Shown here piece after piece: positions 1 to 10,674 of a stretch of DNA of 64,000 nt. The number at the start of each line of letters is the position of its first letter. The first letter of the stretch is position 1. A program made the position numbers and the translations under genes. The stretch is from Nitrospirota bacterium (GTDB lineage Bacteria; Nitrospirota; UBA9217): contig CAWBNQ010000005.1 of the NCBI GenBank assembly GCA_963790205.1, positions 471,368 to 535,367 on the forward strand, read 5' to 3'. Below the pieces are notes generated by a model. That model made no database searches, was not told the DNA's origin, and saw only the letters and a list, made by a program, of their open reading frames with translations.

Positions 1-2783
1 TCGCCGGTCAGGGACTGCTCCGAGGCACCGCCGTCATAATAAAGGTCGCCGGACAGGGTCGAGGTAAGGCCTTCAGGATAGCGGACCGTCACGTTCTCGA
101 ATGAGGTCTTCAGAGAAAAATCCTGGAGAGCAAGGCCGGCAAGCTGCGCCCATCCTGATGCGCTCAGGGTGCCGCCGCCTGCCTCGCCGGTCAGGGAGTC
201 GACAACGATCCTGTTCTGGCCGAAGGTGAGCTTTCCCTGCAAGGCGGTAAATTTTTGAGGAATGTCCTTTATCTTGACCTCTCCGTTCTTGATGCGCAGT
301 TCCCCTCCAATCTCGGGGCTCTTCCATGCATCCTGGACCGTGAGCTTCACCTCGGCGGTCCCGTCTCCATGCTCGACTTCACGATACAGGATACGGAGAA
401 GTGAAAGGTGTGCCGTGCCGGTGAACGAGAAATCCAGGTCCTTCATGAGTCTCGCGCCACCGGTGACGGCGAGTCTTGTACCGGGGCCCTTGAAGTTAAG
501 CGCGGAGATACTGAGCCGGCCCGCCCGGACGGCAACGGCCGCCTCGCCGTCATTATCGATCCGGTAGTCACCCATCACGAGACTGAGCCGTTTGAACGAC
601 GCAGTGCCGAAAAGTGTGGCGAGGTCCGTACCGTTGCCCCGTGCGAACAGACTGCCGTCCGCGCTCAAGCGGGTGCGTCCAAAGAGGTCCTTTTTCCCCA
701 ACGCGACAAAGGGATCGATTGTGTCGGAGTTTATCGTTGCCTGCACGCTCCAGCCATAGGGTTTGCTCAGACCCAGTTGGGCCGTCATAACCGCCCGGTC
801 ATCTGCAAGCTGCGTCCTGCAGCTGAGCACGCCGTCGGCGATCTCAAGTTCCGCCGTGAGGCTGCCCAGAGTGGTTTGATTGTAGAAGAACTCATCCGTA
901 TCGAACGATGCCGTCACGCGGGGATGAGAGAAGCTTCCTGATGATACGATATCGAGGTTGAAGTGTCCATCAACGGGCATGCCGGCCAGATGGTCGATTT
1001 CGCCGAGCTTAACGCCGCTGCTCTCGACATGCGCAGAATAGCTGCCGTCGAAACCTATCCACCCGGTGCCTTGCACGGCGCCGCTCCCTTTGGTCAAATG
1101 AACTTGTGGAAAGGAGATCCTGTCTCTGGTGAGAGAAGCGGTGATCGTACCCCGATTAAAAGATTCTCCGTAAGCGCTGCCGGACTCGATTGTGAGTCTG
1201 CCGCTCCCGGTAAAGTCTTGCCGGGTACCGTTGAACGTCAATTCCCCGGTGGACGGCAGGTGAAGCGGGATCGGCTTATAAAAAAGGGCCACGATGTTTC
1301 CCACCTCCGCCTGGATGACCTTGAGCCGGGCCGCGAAGAGCGGCTCCTTGTTCATAAGGTCAACGGACCCGTCGAACAGGTAGCGGGATGTCTGCTGGTG
1401 GATATCTGCGGATATGAGACTGATCTTTTTGTCGCGATACTGGAGCCTTCCTTCTGCCTTATCGAACAAGACACCGCGAATGGTCAGCGGTCCTGCCGAT
1501 ACAACACCGTCGAAAAGGGGCGCTTCGAACGCGCCGGTAAGATATCCTTTGACGCTGATCCTGCCTTCAAGCGGCATTGACGTCAGAAACGAGAGGGTCC
1601 GGCCCATATCATTGGACCCGGCCGTCAGTTCTGCGTCGAATCCGCGCTGAGGATCGGCCCGCCCTCTAATTCGGACCGACAGGTCGCCGGCCAGGATATC
1701 GAAGCGTTTTATATCCAGTCCCCGCTCGCTGTAGCCAAGGGCCGCATTGATGCTCTCGACGATGATGCTCGTATTGCCGCGGGTAAGCTTCCATTTCTCG
1801 CCGGTAAGCATCAAACTCTTATTTCCGTAGCCGAAGGACAGGACGGCATCCTGAAGCTGCATCCCCTGATACGAAATGCCGGAGAATTTGAGCGTCCCCT
1901 CGATGGATGGATTCAGCATATGCCCGCGGACGGATACCGAAGCATCGACGTGCGGTCCCTGTTCTTTTTTGACGGGCTTCAGGAAATCGGTAAATCTTCC
2001 CAGCGTCTGCGGACCGGACCGTACCTTGAGCCGAAGATTCAACAATGCATCCGGCAGGGGCCCTATGTCGCCTGAGAGCGAAATTGCCGTGTCCGCGGAC
2101 GTGAGCTCCGTAGAATCCAGGTAAAGCCGGCCATTCTCATACCGGACAGCCGCCCTTAAAAAACCTGACAGCTCTGGATACGCAGGGGCAGTCATGTGAA
2201 TAACAGAATTTTTAAGGGCGACCTTCATGCTGTCGCCCCCCAAACTGATCGCCGTGCTTACTTGAAGCTGCGACACTTCCACATGCGTCGATGTCAGGCC
2301 ATCATCATAGGAAATTCCGCCCTGGTTGACGGTAACGGTGCGCAGGACGAGCCTGAAGTCCGAGGGAGCCTCGGCCTGCACGCGACCGATATTTTTTTTG
2401 ATCCGGTCGACGATCGGAGTGATATTAAACGCACCATCCATTGTCCGCTCGACGAAAAGGCGGGGTTCGAAAATCGAGATCGAGGACAGTCTGATCTTTT
2501 TCAAGACGAGCGGCAGGGGGTCGATATACACCTTGATTTTTCGAATTGCCACAGTCTGCCTACCCCGCTCGTCGAGGAGAGAAATGTCCCGTGCTTCAAG
2601 ATACATGGGTATGAAATTTGCTTGCACCCATCCGATTTCTACATCACTGCCAAGCACCGCTTTGAGACGGGCAACAACCAGGGGCCTGATCCGAAGCGCA
2701 AAAGAATCGCTCTGAACGTAGAACTCGACCGTTGCGAGCAGAACAAAAATGACAGTTGATATGATGATAATAAACTTCTTCAT
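1..2783 (-). CDS. tamB: TamB/AsmA-like translocation and assembly module protein (runs off the left window edge)
   Basis: Not in the ORF track because there is no stop in the window. Manual translation from ATG at 2783: MKKFIIIISTVIFVLLATVEFYVQSDSFALRIRP..., an N-terminal TM anchor followed by >900 aa of Gly-rich beta-strand repeats (e.g. ...FENVTVRYPEGLTSTLSGDL). Confidence 0.8.
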   Translation of the reverse strand, partial: MKKFIIIISTVIFVLLATVEFYVQSDSFALRIRPLVVARLKAVLGSDVEIGWVQANFIPMYLEARDISLLDERGRQTVAIRKIKVYIDPLPLVLKKIRLSSISIFEPRLFVERTMDGAFNITPIVDRIKKNIGRVQAEAPSDFRLVLRTVTVNQGGISYDDGLTSTHVEVSQLQVSTAISLGGDSMKVALKNSVIHMTAPAYPELSGFLRAAVRYENGRLYLDSTELTSADTAISLSGDIGPLPDALLNLRLKVRSGPQTLGRFTDFLKPVKKEQGPHVDASVSVRGHMLNPSIEGTLKFSGISYQGMQLQDAVLSFGYGNKSLMLTGEKWKLTRGNTSIIVESINAALGYSERGLDIKRFDILAGDLSVRIRGRADPQRGFDAELTAGSNDMGRTLSFLTSMPLEGRISVKGYLTGAFEAPLFDGVVSAGPLTIRGVLFDKAEGRLQYRDKKISLISADIHQQTSRYLFDGSVDLMNKEPLFAARLKVIQAEVGNIVALFYKPIPLHLPSTGELTFNGTRQDFTGSGRLTIESGSAYGESFNRGTITASLTRDRISFPQVHLTKGSGAVQGTGWIGFDGSYSAHVESSGVKLGEIDHLAGMPVDGHFNLDIVSSGSFSHPRVTASFDTDEFFYNQTTLGSLTAELEIADGVLSCRTQLADDRAVMTAQLGLSKPYGWSVQATINSDTIDPFVALGKKDLFGRTRLSADGSLFARGNGTDLATLFGTASFKRLSLVMGDYRIDNDGEAAVAVRAGRLSISALNFKGPGTRLAVTGGARLMKDLDFSFTGTAHLSLLRILYREVEHGDGTAEVKLTVQDAWKSPEIGGELRIKNGEVKIKDIPQKFTALQGKLTFGQNRIVVDSLTGEAGGGTLSASGWAQLAGLALQDFSLKTSFENVTVRYPEGLTSTLSGDLYYDGGASEQSLTG

Positions 2784-2864
2784 AAAAATCAAACGCTACG
2801 TAATAAACAAATATCCCTTCTCCTTAATTTTACGTCCCTCGCCCTCTCAATCCTCTTCATGTCT

Positions 2865-5504
2865 TTATTCTATCACCTTGAGTATCGTTTCCTTGATCTT
2901 GTGGAGCCTATCGCTATCAAGAATCTTCTGACGCAGCAGGTCTGTTACGTAGAAGGAATCCATGACCCGCACACCTTCAGTTACGATCTTGGCGGAACCG
3001 ATGTCGAGGTTGAGGTCGTACAGGGTCTTCGTCACCCGGTACAGGAAGCCGACCATGTCTCGCGCCGTAATATCAACGATGGTAAATGAGTCCGAAGTCT
3101 CGTTGTCGAACTCCACGGACGGAGTTACCGCGACCGGGGCCTGTCTCACGGATATGTACACACCCGGTTCAGGAGGCCCGGTCTTGCTCATGAGTGCCGT
3201 CCTGAGCTCGTTCCGCACGCTCTCCCATGCGTCATCATACGCGTAGATGTTGCCGTCAGAATCGGTGACCTGAAAAGTATCGATCATGACTCCGTTCTTT
3301 GAGGTATAGACCTGCGCTCGTAGAATGTTCAGGTTCTTCGCCGCAATCGTGCCGGCGGTCCGGTAAAACATGCCGTAGGCATCGTAGGCGCAGACCGTAA
3401 GCTCTGTATAGCCCTTCTCGGGATAGTGGCAATACCGGATCACGAGTTGTTCATCGGGGAGCCGTTTCATCATCCCCATGTGATCGATCACCTTGTGCGC
3501 AGAAGTATAAAGGATATACTGTTCGGGCATTGCCACAAGAAAAGAATCGATTTCCTGCAGCGTAAACAGCTCCTCGGCGGCGTTCCTGATCCTGACCGAT
3601 GCCGCGATCAACCGGGCCTGCATTTCTTCCCCTGCCTGAGCGCTCGTTTCGAGGTAATTGAGAGTTTTCAAATAAAGGTCTTGAAGAAGCACCGCCTTCC
3701 ACTGTGTCCATGCTGTAGGATTTACCGCCGAGATGTCCGCGTAGGTGAGCAGGTAGAGCATGGCAAGGTTATCGCGGTCCCACACCACCCGTGAAAAATC
3801 CGCGATCACCTTCCTGTCGGTCAGTTCTCTGCGCTGGGACAAGCTCGACATGAGGAGGTGATTCCGGATAAGGAACAATACCCGTTCACGGTCCTCGCCG
3901 CCGACTCCAAGCCGGGCGAGTATCTTTTCCGCCAGCTCGGCCCCATGGCGTTCGTGCTCTGCCCGGTAGGCCTTACCCAGATCATGGAGCAATGCCGCGA
4001 GAATCAATATCCACCGTTTTTTTATCCCGGTAAAAGCATCACGAAGCATAGCGAGCGCGGGAAATTGGCCTGACCACAAATCCTGAAGCTTCCGGATGGC
4101 AAGCAGGATATGTTCATCAACAGTGTACAGGTGATAATAGTCGTGCCGGGCCAGCGCCTGAATGGCCCTGAACTCGGGCAAATATCGACCGAGGAAGCGC
4201 ACCTTCTTCATAAGATCGAGCGTTTCCGAAAGATTGTCGGGTTTGTTCAGGATAGAGAGAAAAGCAGCGGCGGCAGAGGGATCGCGCCGTCCTCCGTCTC
4301 CGATCCGGCATTCCCGAATCTGGGACATGAGCTTACCGGAAAAAACCGCGTGACGTGACTGTGCAATTTCGAAGGCAGCCATGATGAACGACGTATCTCC
4401 TCCACAGTCATTCCCCGACGACGGGACGAGGGTCCTGCCGACGAGGGAGAACGGACCCAGGGACAGCGTCCGTTCGAACCAACGGCGCTCGGGCTTGGGG
4501 AGCACTGACTCGGCGACAACGTGCAAAAACTCACTGATGTTCCGCGCGTGCAGAAAATAGGCTTTCATGAACCGCTCCACGGCAAGCAAGTGCGCCGAGT
4601 CGCGATAGTTGAAATCCCCGGCCGCCCGTTCCTGGAGTTCAAAGGTGAGGTGGTCGTTCTTACGGCCCGAAAGGTAATGGAGCTCATTCCGCACGCTCCA
4701 GAGAAAGTTCCGCGATCTCAGCACTACCGCGTGTTGTCCTTCGGAGATAACGCCGTGCGCAACCAGGTCCCCGAGCGACCCGATCCTGAAGCGTACGCAA
4801 GCGATCCAGAAGGCGGTATGAAAGTCCCTGAGCCCGCCGGCTCCCTCCTTGATGTTCGGTTCCCGAAGGTAGATGGAGCCGCCGTATTTCTGGCGTGTTG
4901 CGTTCCGCTCGGCAATTTTTTCGTTGATGAAAGCAGGGGGCTTCCAGTAGAAGACCTCGCTCTGCATAATCTTGAGGAACGACTGGTAGAGGGCCGGATC
5001 GCCGGCGATCAGGCGGGATTCTATGAGGGACGTCCGGATTTTGATGTCCTGCCGCCCGAGCGTCAGGCACTCTTTCCCCGTCCTCACGCTGTAGCCGACA
5101 TCAAGGCCGGCGTCCCAGAGCAGGTAGAGGAGCTCCGGCGCGCGCTTGCGGTCCGCCTCGTCTCTGCAGAGGAGCATGATGTCGATATCGGAATGAGGAT
5201 TCAGCTCTCCCCTGCCGTACCCCCCGACCGCGAGGAGTGCCGGCATGGGACTGGGACCGGCCGACGCCAGACAATGGTGCGCCTCGCGAAGGGTCCGGTC
5301 GATGAGAGCGGTGCGCCGCTGCACGACCTCGTTGCCGGGTGCGCCGGCAAAGTGCGACTCCCTGATAACGGCGTTTTCTTGTTCGAGATACGCCTTAAGG
5401 CCGCCGTCAAAAGATGGTGATAATGGTCGGTTCAATGATTTCACTGTAGTAAAACTGAAGGGATGAGAACAAACAGCTAAACACGGGACCTCAGAGCTGT
5501 CCAT
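2865..5504 (-). CDS. glnD: [protein-PII] uridylyltransferase / uridylyl-removing enzyme
   Basis: AVGGYGRGELNPHSDIDI NTase motif, NIKEGAGGLRD, HD domain (HLYTVDEH...LLHDLGK), two C-terminal ACT domains. True start may be ~20 codons downstream. Confidence 0.95.
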   Translation of the reverse strand: MDSSEVPCLAVCSHPFSFTTVKSLNRPLSPSFDGGLKAYLEQENAVIRESHFAGAPGNEVVQRRTALIDRTLREAHHCLASAGPSPMPALLAVGGYGRGELNPHSDIDIMLLCRDEADRKRAPELLYLLWDAGLDVGYSVRTGKECLTLGRQDIKIRTSLIESRLIAGDPALYQSFLKIMQSEVFYWKPPAFINEKIAERNATRQKYGGSIYLREPNIKEGAGGLRDFHTAFWIACVRFRIGSLGDLVAHGVISEGQHAVVLRSRNFLWSVRNELHYLSGRKNDHLTFELQERAAGDFNYRDSAHLLAVERFMKAYFLHARNISEFLHVVAESVLPKPERRWFERTLSLGPFSLVGRTLVPSSGNDCGGDTSFIMAAFEIAQSRHAVFSGKLMSQIRECRIGDGGRRDPSAAAAFLSILNKPDNLSETLDLMKKVRFLGRYLPEFRAIQALARHDYYHLYTVDEHILLAIRKLQDLWSGQFPALAMLRDAFTGIKKRWILILAALLHDLGKAYRAEHERHGAELAEKILARLGVGGEDRERVLFLIRNHLLMSSLSQRRELTDRKVIADFSRVVWDRDNLAMLYLLTYADISAVNPTAWTQWKAVLLQDLYLKTLNYLETSAQAGEEMQARLIAASVRIRNAAEELFTLQEIDSFLVAMPEQYILYTSAHKVIDHMGMMKRLPDEQLVIRYCHYPEKGYTELTVCAYDAYGMFYRTAGTIAAKNLNILRAQVYTSKNGVMIDTFQVTDSDGNIYAYDDAWESVRNELRTALMSKTGPPEPGVYISVRQAPVAVTPSVEFDNETSDSFTIVDITARDMVGFLYRVTKTLYDLNLDIGSAKIVTEGVRVMDSFYVTDLLRQKILDSDRLHKIKETILKVIE

Positions 5505-5538
5505 TGAGAGACAGCAGCAGGAAACGCGCGGTATTGAG

Positions 5539-5982
5539 TCAATGTCGCGCCTCGGGGACCACCTCTTTCATGCCCTTAAAGCTGATTGCCTTGATCTCGT
5601 CCAGGGTCAGCATAAAGCTGCCGAAACCCGCTTCTCCGTAGCACCGGGAGTCCGCATCGACGTCAAATGCCACATCGCTTCCATCCGCGAGATGCGCGGT
5701 AAGTCGTACTTTTTTTTCCTTCTTCTCGCCCACCGTCACTTCCTTTATCCGGTCAAAGGGCAGGTTCACCTCGGCCAATCCCATGTATCCCGAAAAACGT
5801 ATCCTCCCCTCCCAGCTGAACTTCTCGCCGCTGATCTTGTTACCCGATGCATCGGTCACCACGACGGTGAAATTCTTGTCGACCCGGGGCGCCCGTTCGA
5901 ATCCGCCGCCCTTCCCGCCCATGGCTGTGAGCAAAACAAACAAGGACAGCACAAGAACCACGGTTGAAGCTCTCTTCAGCAT
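5539..5982 (-). CDS. Exported hypothetical protein with two similar beta-rich halves
   Basis: 147-aa ORF with signal peptide and AGGAG RBS; halves resemble each other (LPFDRIKEVTV / LTLDEIKAISF). Confidence 0.7.
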   Translation of the reverse strand: MLKRASTVVLVLSLFVLLTAMGGKGGGFERAPRVDKNFTVVVTDASGNKISGEKFSWEGRIRFSGYMGLAEVNLPFDRIKEVTVGEKKEKKVRLTAHLADGSDVAFDVDADSRCYGEAGFGSFMLTLDEIKAISFKGMKEVVPEARH

Positions 5983-6073
5983 GATCGAACTCCTTTCGGG
6001 ATCAGAAGGTCACTGATATCTGCCTGTAATGAACAAGATTACCATATTGACACCGTGCTTTCAAGAAAAAAGC

Positions 6074-6102
6074 TTGCCCCATGGCAGTGACAAGATTATA
6101 CT
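6074..6102 (+). promoter_or_regulatory. Putative sigma70 promoter for mazG
   Basis: TTGCCC-17 bp-TATACT. Confidence 0.5.
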
Positions 6103-6236
6103 GACGCGTATCAACCCTGCCGCAAGAAACCGCACCAGTAAGACGATGGCCGTTGTCGTTTATCGTCGTCCGGCCACGGAGCTTGCAAATGATCATGGGT
6201 TTGTGTAAGGTCGCACAGAATGCGAGGTATGCGGAA

Positions 6237-7010
6237 ATGACCGATAACCTGATGAAGCTCGTTGATCTCATGGCCACGCTCCGCGGGCCCGATGGCTGCC
6301 CTTGGGACAAAAAACAGACCGCCGACTCGCTCAAACCGTTCCTGATCGAGGAGTGCTACGAAGTGGTCGACACGCTCGACGAGGGCGATCCCGGCAAGAT
6401 GAAGGAAGAGCTCGGAGACCTCCTGTTCCAGATCATCTTCCACGCCAGGATCGCCGAGGAAAAAGGCCAGTTCACGATCTGGGACGTCATCTCTACCAAT
6501 GTCGAAAAGATGGTCCGCCGCCATCCTCATGTGTTTGGTGATGAGAAGCTCTCGACGGACAAGGAAGTTCTCGCGAACTGGGAAGAGATCAAGAAAAAAG
6601 AAAAAGGCAACGAAGACCGTAAGTCCATCCTCGAGGGCGTGCCCCGGAGCATGCCCTCGCTCATTCGCGCTCACCGGCTCCAGGAACGCGCCGCACGCGT
6701 GGGCTTCGACTGGAAGCACCTCAACGAAACCCTGCCCAAGCTCGATGAGGAGATAGCTGAATTTAAGGAATCGCTCAAGACCGAGGACGCGGCAAAAATA
6801 GAAGAAGAACTGGGCGATATTTTCTTTATGCTCGTTAACATCTCCCGCTTTTTGGATGTAGACCCCGAAGAGGCGCTGAGGAAGACCATCAGCAAGTTCA
6901 TTCACCGTTTCCGGTACATCGAAGAAAGCGCCGCAGAGGCTGGCAAATCGTTAACTGACATGACGCTCGATGAAATGGAGAAGTTGTGGCAGGAGGCAAA
7001 GAGGAAATGA
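6237..7010 (+). CDS. mazG: Nucleoside triphosphate pyrophosphohydrolase MazG
   Basis: LRGPDGCPWDKKQT, EECYE, EELGD (twice), RRHPHVF; ATG at 6237 after GAGG. Confidence 0.95.
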   Translation: MTDNLMKLVDLMATLRGPDGCPWDKKQTADSLKPFLIEECYEVVDTLDEGDPGKMKEELGDLLFQIIFHARIAEEKGQFTIWDVISTNVEKMVRRHPHVFGDEKLSTDKEVLANWEEIKKKEKGNEDRKSILEGVPRSMPSLIRAHRLQERAARVGFDWKHLNETLPKLDEEIAEFKESLKTEDAAKIEEELGDIFFMLVNISRFLDVDPEEALRKTISKFIHRFRYIEESAAEAGKSLTDMTLDEMEKLWQEAKRK

Positions 7011-7108
7011 ACCACGCTACGGCGAGGTTCTTTCGAGAGCATAAGTTGAGAGTATAAGTTGAAGCATCGGAGATATATTCAGCCGTAAAAAAGTCGGGCA
7101 AAAGAATC

Positions 7109-7135
7109 AGGCCGGGCTTAACAACCCGGCCGTTT
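7109..7135. terminator. Hairpin between convergent mazG and lpdA
   Basis: GGCCGGG-cttaacaa-CCCGGCC followed by GTTT. Confidence 0.55.
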
Positions 7136-7170
7136 ATATCCTTACGGTGATCATGCGGTTCAGGTGATTT

Positions 7171-8571
7171 TTATTCCCCCAGCTGCGGCAAATGGATCGC
7201 CATTCTATAAACGTCCTCAGCTGCCTCCATCACTGCTTCAGCAAGCGTGGGATGGGCATGGATCATATGTCCGAGGTCTTTGACGGTAGCGCCGATCTTC
7301 ATGGCCAACGCGCCTTCGTGGACTATGTCCGTAGCGTGCGCACCGCAGATATGCATGCCAAGGACCTTGTCGGTGGCCTCATCGGCGATCACTTTCACCA
7401 TGCCGGTAATTTCACCCATGGCGTGCGCTTTCCCTAAGGCCCGGTACGGGAACCGTCCAACCCTGATTTTGATCCCCTTCTCAACAGCCTCTTTCTCCCG
7501 CAGTCCCACGCTGCCAATCTCGGGCATGGTGAATATGCCGGAGGGGATGACGGCATAATCCATTCTTTCGTCTCCGCCGAGGGCGTTTTCCACGGACACC
7601 AGCCCTTGGTGCGAGGCAACATGCGCGAGCAGGATTTTGCCGGTCACGTCACCGATAGCGTAGATGCCGGGAAGGCTGGTCTCCATCTTCTCGTTCACGA
7701 TGATCTCTCCGCGCCTGCCCTTGGCTATGCCGACGGTCTCAAGTCCCATGTTCTCGGAGTTCATGCTGCGGCCGATGGACATGAGCACCATCTCGGCTTT
7801 GACCTGCCGGCCTCCGCTGAGGGTCGCGACCATCATGTCTTCTGCAACCTTCTCTACCCTTTCGATTTTTACGTTCGCCATAAGCTTGATCCCGGCCTTC
7901 TTAAACTCACGCTCGATAATGGCGGACATCTCCTCGTCCTCGGTTGACAAGGCATGGGGCATCATCTCGACCATCGTCACTTCTGCGCCGAAAGCCCGAT
8001 AGATGAAAGCGAATTCGGAACCGATCACTCCTGCGCCGATGATGAGAAGGCTCTTCGGGACCTCCTTGAGCTGCACCGCATCATCGCTCGTAATGACGCT
8101 CTCTCCGTCAAAAGGGATCCCGGGGATCTTCGCCGGTTTAGACCCGGTGGCAATGATGATCCTGTCCGATTTTACGTCAATCGTCGTTCCGTCCTTCTGC
8201 GCGACCCGGACCACGTCCGGCGAGAGCAACGAGCCGCGGCCCTCTATCAAAGAGACCCTCCAGCTTTTGAACAAGCTCTTGATTCCTTTCACCTGGGTTG
8301 AGACAATCTTGTCCTTGCGCTCCCTGATCCTCGAAAGGTTGTATGAAACGTCTCCGGTGATTTCAAGTCCGAACTCCGCAGCCCGATGCGCATGCACAAG
8401 CGCCTCTGCCGAGGCGATCAGGGTCTTGGTCGGGATGCAGCCCCGGTTCAGACAGGTGCCGCCCACTTCAGCGTCTTCCACGACCGTCACCCGAGCGCCT
8501 TTCTGCGCCGCGCGGATCGCAGCCACGTATCCCCCCGGTCCAGCGCCTATAATCGTAAGTTTTAAGGACAT
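7171..8571 (-). CDS. lpdA: Dihydrolipoamide dehydrogenase
   Basis: GAGPGG FAD motif, GGTCLNRGCIP redox disulfide, C-terminal HAHPTLAE; start MSLKLT at 8571. Confidence 0.95.
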   Translation of the reverse strand: MSLKLTIIGAGPGGYVAAIRAAQKGARVTVVEDAEVGGTCLNRGCIPTKTLIASAEALVHAHRAAEFGLEITGDVSYNLSRIRERKDKIVSTQVKGIKSLFKSWRVSLIEGRGSLLSPDVVRVAQKDGTTIDVKSDRIIIATGSKPAKIPGIPFDGESVITSDDAVQLKEVPKSLLIIGAGVIGSEFAFIYRAFGAEVTMVEMMPHALSTEDEEMSAIIEREFKKAGIKLMANVKIERVEKVAEDMMVATLSGGRQVKAEMVLMSIGRSMNSENMGLETVGIAKGRRGEIIVNEKMETSLPGIYAIGDVTGKILLAHVASHQGLVSVENALGGDERMDYAVIPSGIFTMPEIGSVGLREKEAVEKGIKIRVGRFPYRALGKAHAMGEITGMVKVIADEATDKVLGMHICGAHATDIVHEGALAMKIGATVKDLGHMIHAHPTLAEAVMEAAEDVYRMAIHLPQLGE

Positions 8572-8829
8572 GATATGTTTCCCCTTCTCTAAGAGAAATG
8601 ACGTGTGCACCAGTCACTGAGGACGCTTTAAAAGTTCAAAATACAAATCCAAATGTCAAATCAAACTGTCAAAAACCGCAAAAGATAATACCTGGAATTT
8701 CAACATTGATTTTTGGTAATTGATTTGAACTTGCAATGAATCGTCTTTCTGGGTATCTGCGGGCCTGTTAAAAAAATGATTTCTAACAAGGGTGAATCTC
8801 CGTGGCAAATTTTGAACTATTAAAAGCGA

Positions 8830-8859
8830 AAAAAAGGGAGAGTAAATACTCTCCCTTTC
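8830..8859 (-). terminator. Intrinsic terminator downstream of gcvH
   Basis: AAAAAAAGGGAGAGTA-aa-TACTCTCCCTTT; U-tract on the minus strand. Confidence 0.7.
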
Positions 8860-8897
8860 GATCGCTTCTCAATCCCCGGATCCGCCGCGCCTCTTTT

Positions 8898-9287
8898 CTA
8901 CTTTCCCTCTTCTTCCTTCAGAAACTTTTCATACTCCGCCTTGCTCATCAGATCGTTCAGCTCAGAGGCGTCGCTCAGGTCAAGCACGACAAGCCATCCA
9001 TTTCCGTAAGGGTCTTCATTTATAATTTCCGGGGAATCAGCAAGGTCCTCATTCACCTCGACGATCGTACCCGATACCGGACTGACCACGGGAGAGGTTG
9101 CCTTGGTGGACTCGATTTCCGACAATTCGGAGTCGGCATCAACTTCTGTATCGATCTCCGGGAGGTCTACATAGACGATATCCCCAAGCTGCTGTTGCGC
9201 ATAGTCACTGATGCCGATCGTCGCCCTTTTACCTTCGACGCGAACCCAGGCGTGCTCTCTATGATACTTTATGTCATCAGGATTCAT
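8898..9287 (-). CDS. gcvH: Glycine cleavage system H protein (lipoyl carrier)
   Basis: EHAWV, IGISDYAQQQLGDIVYV, ESTKA lipoyl-lysine, NEDPYGNGW; start MNPDD at 9287. Confidence 0.93.
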   Translation of the reverse strand: MNPDDIKYHREHAWVRVEGKRATIGISDYAQQQLGDIVYVDLPEIDTEVDADSELSEIESTKATSPVVSPVSGTIVEVNEDLADSPEIINEDPYGNGWLVVLDLSDASELNDLMSKAEYEKFLKEEEGK

Positions 9288-9403
9288 ATGTATAACCTCC
9301 GGAATAAGATACTGCTTCATGTTGAAGAGTGAATTTGTTTTTAGCTTAAGCGCAGTATTTTGTCAAGCAAAAAAAATTAATAACACAATAATACCATGAA
9401 CAT

Positions 9404-9434
9404 AAAAAAAGGGATGCGGAAATCGCATCCCTTT
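9404..9434 (-). terminator. Intrinsic terminator of the rnf operon
   Basis: AAAAAAAGGGATGCG-gaaat-CGCATCCCTTT. Confidence 0.75.
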
Positions 9435-9510
9435 ACAAATTACCGTTCGATTATTTATTGGCAGAAAACAGGATTAATCACGTGCCGGATCGACAACCAG
9501 GCGCGTGTCG

Positions 9511-10674
9511 CTAAGCCCCAACCGCTTCCTGAACTTTTTCTGACTTCTTTTTATTGATACCGGCAGCAACCGGTACCATGTCTATCGCTTTCTTTGGGCA
9601 CCGCGACTCGCACATGCGGCACCCGATACACTTGTCCTGATTGACGGTATGCACCGATCTCATTTCACCTGAGATAGCGTTCACCGGACAGACCTTTTCA
9701 CAGACGTCGATTCCCGCGCACTTCGCTGGATCGATATATGCCTTGGGGCGTGCCGGGATGTAGTCCCTGATGGCATTCGTCGGGCATTTCCTGACGCATA
9801 AGCCGCACACGATGCACCTGTCGTGATCGATCCGGGCAAGGTTGTTGTCAATCTTGATGGCATCGACCGGGCAGGTCCTGACGCAGATGCCGCAGGCGAT
9901 GCAGCCGACCTGGCATTTCTTCTTGGTATCGACGCCCTTGTCTCTGCTGTGGCAGCTGATGACCACTGCCTTGGAGGCCAGCGCAAGCTCGATCACCTGC
10001 TTCGGGCAGGCCGCAACACACTTCCCGCAGGCAGTGCACTTGTCGGGGTTGATGAGCGGCAAATTGTCCTTGCTCATGGTGATCGCGTCAAAGGGACATG
10101 CGCGCATGCAGGTGCCGAAGCCCAGACAGCCGTACTCGCAGGCTTTGTCCCCGCCCGCGGCGAGCACCGCAGCAGTGCAGTCTTGAACGCCGGTGTAGAT
10201 GAATTTTCGCTGGCTCAAAGAAGTCCCGCCCTGGCAGAAAACCCGGGCGATCTTCGGTTCCACCTTCTCGGCCTTCTTGCCCGTGATCACGGCGATCTTT
10301 TCAGCGACGGGAGATTTTCCGGGAGCGCACATGCTCGCTGCCACATCGGGGTTCCCCACGACCGCCTCGGCATAGCCCATGCAGCCCGCGAACCCGCAGG
10401 CCCCGCAGTTGGCGCCAGGCAGGGTTTCCCGCACCTGCTCGACCTTCGGGTCTACTTTGACCACGAAGCGCGCCGCTACAATGGCGAGCGCTATCCCGAA
10501 GACGATGCCAAGCGCAGCCAGCACTATCAGCGTCGTATACACTGTGGACACGGGGACATTTCCGGTCGTCTCCACAGCTCCGCCGGCCTCAGCAAGCGGG
10601 ACCAGCTTGTTTGCGATCAAGTGCAATGCATGGGAAAAAATCTGTGCAAGAATACTGGTCATTTGTTCATACAT
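9511..10674 (-). CDS. rnfB: Rnf complex subunit B (long polyferredoxin form)
   Basis: LPGANCGACGFAGC FeS domain after a TM helix, then six CxxCxxCxxxCP-like motifs. Confidence 0.92.
   Translation of the reverse strand: MYEQMTSILAQIFSHALHLIANKLVPLAEAGGAVETTGNVPVSTVYTTLIVLAALGIVFGIALAIVAARFVVKVDPKVEQVRETLPGANCGACGFAGCMGYAEAVVGNPDVAASMCAPGKSPVAEKIAVITGKKAEKVEPKIARVFCQGGTSLSQRKFIYTGVQDCTAAVLAAGGDKACEYGCLGFGTCMRACPFDAITMSKDNLPLINPDKCTACGKCVAACPKQVIELALASKAVVISCHSRDKGVDTKKKCQVGCIACGICVRTCPVDAIKIDNNLARIDHDRCIVCGLCVRKCPTNAIRDYIPARPKAYIDPAKCAGIDVCEKVCPVNAISGEMRSVHTVNQDKCIGCRMCESRCPKKAIDMVPVAAGINKKKSEKVQEAVGA

Noticed and set aside
5450..5538. Alternative hairpins (GCTGTC/GACAGC, CAGCT/AGCTG) in the glnD leader as a glutamine riboswitch
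   Set aside because: Stems are short and do not resemble the glnA motif; start codon is uncertain.
8611..9510. Glycine riboswitch near gcvH/lpdA
   Set aside because: GGAGAG at ~8837 belongs to a terminator stem; no CCGAAG...CTCTCAGG aptamer.
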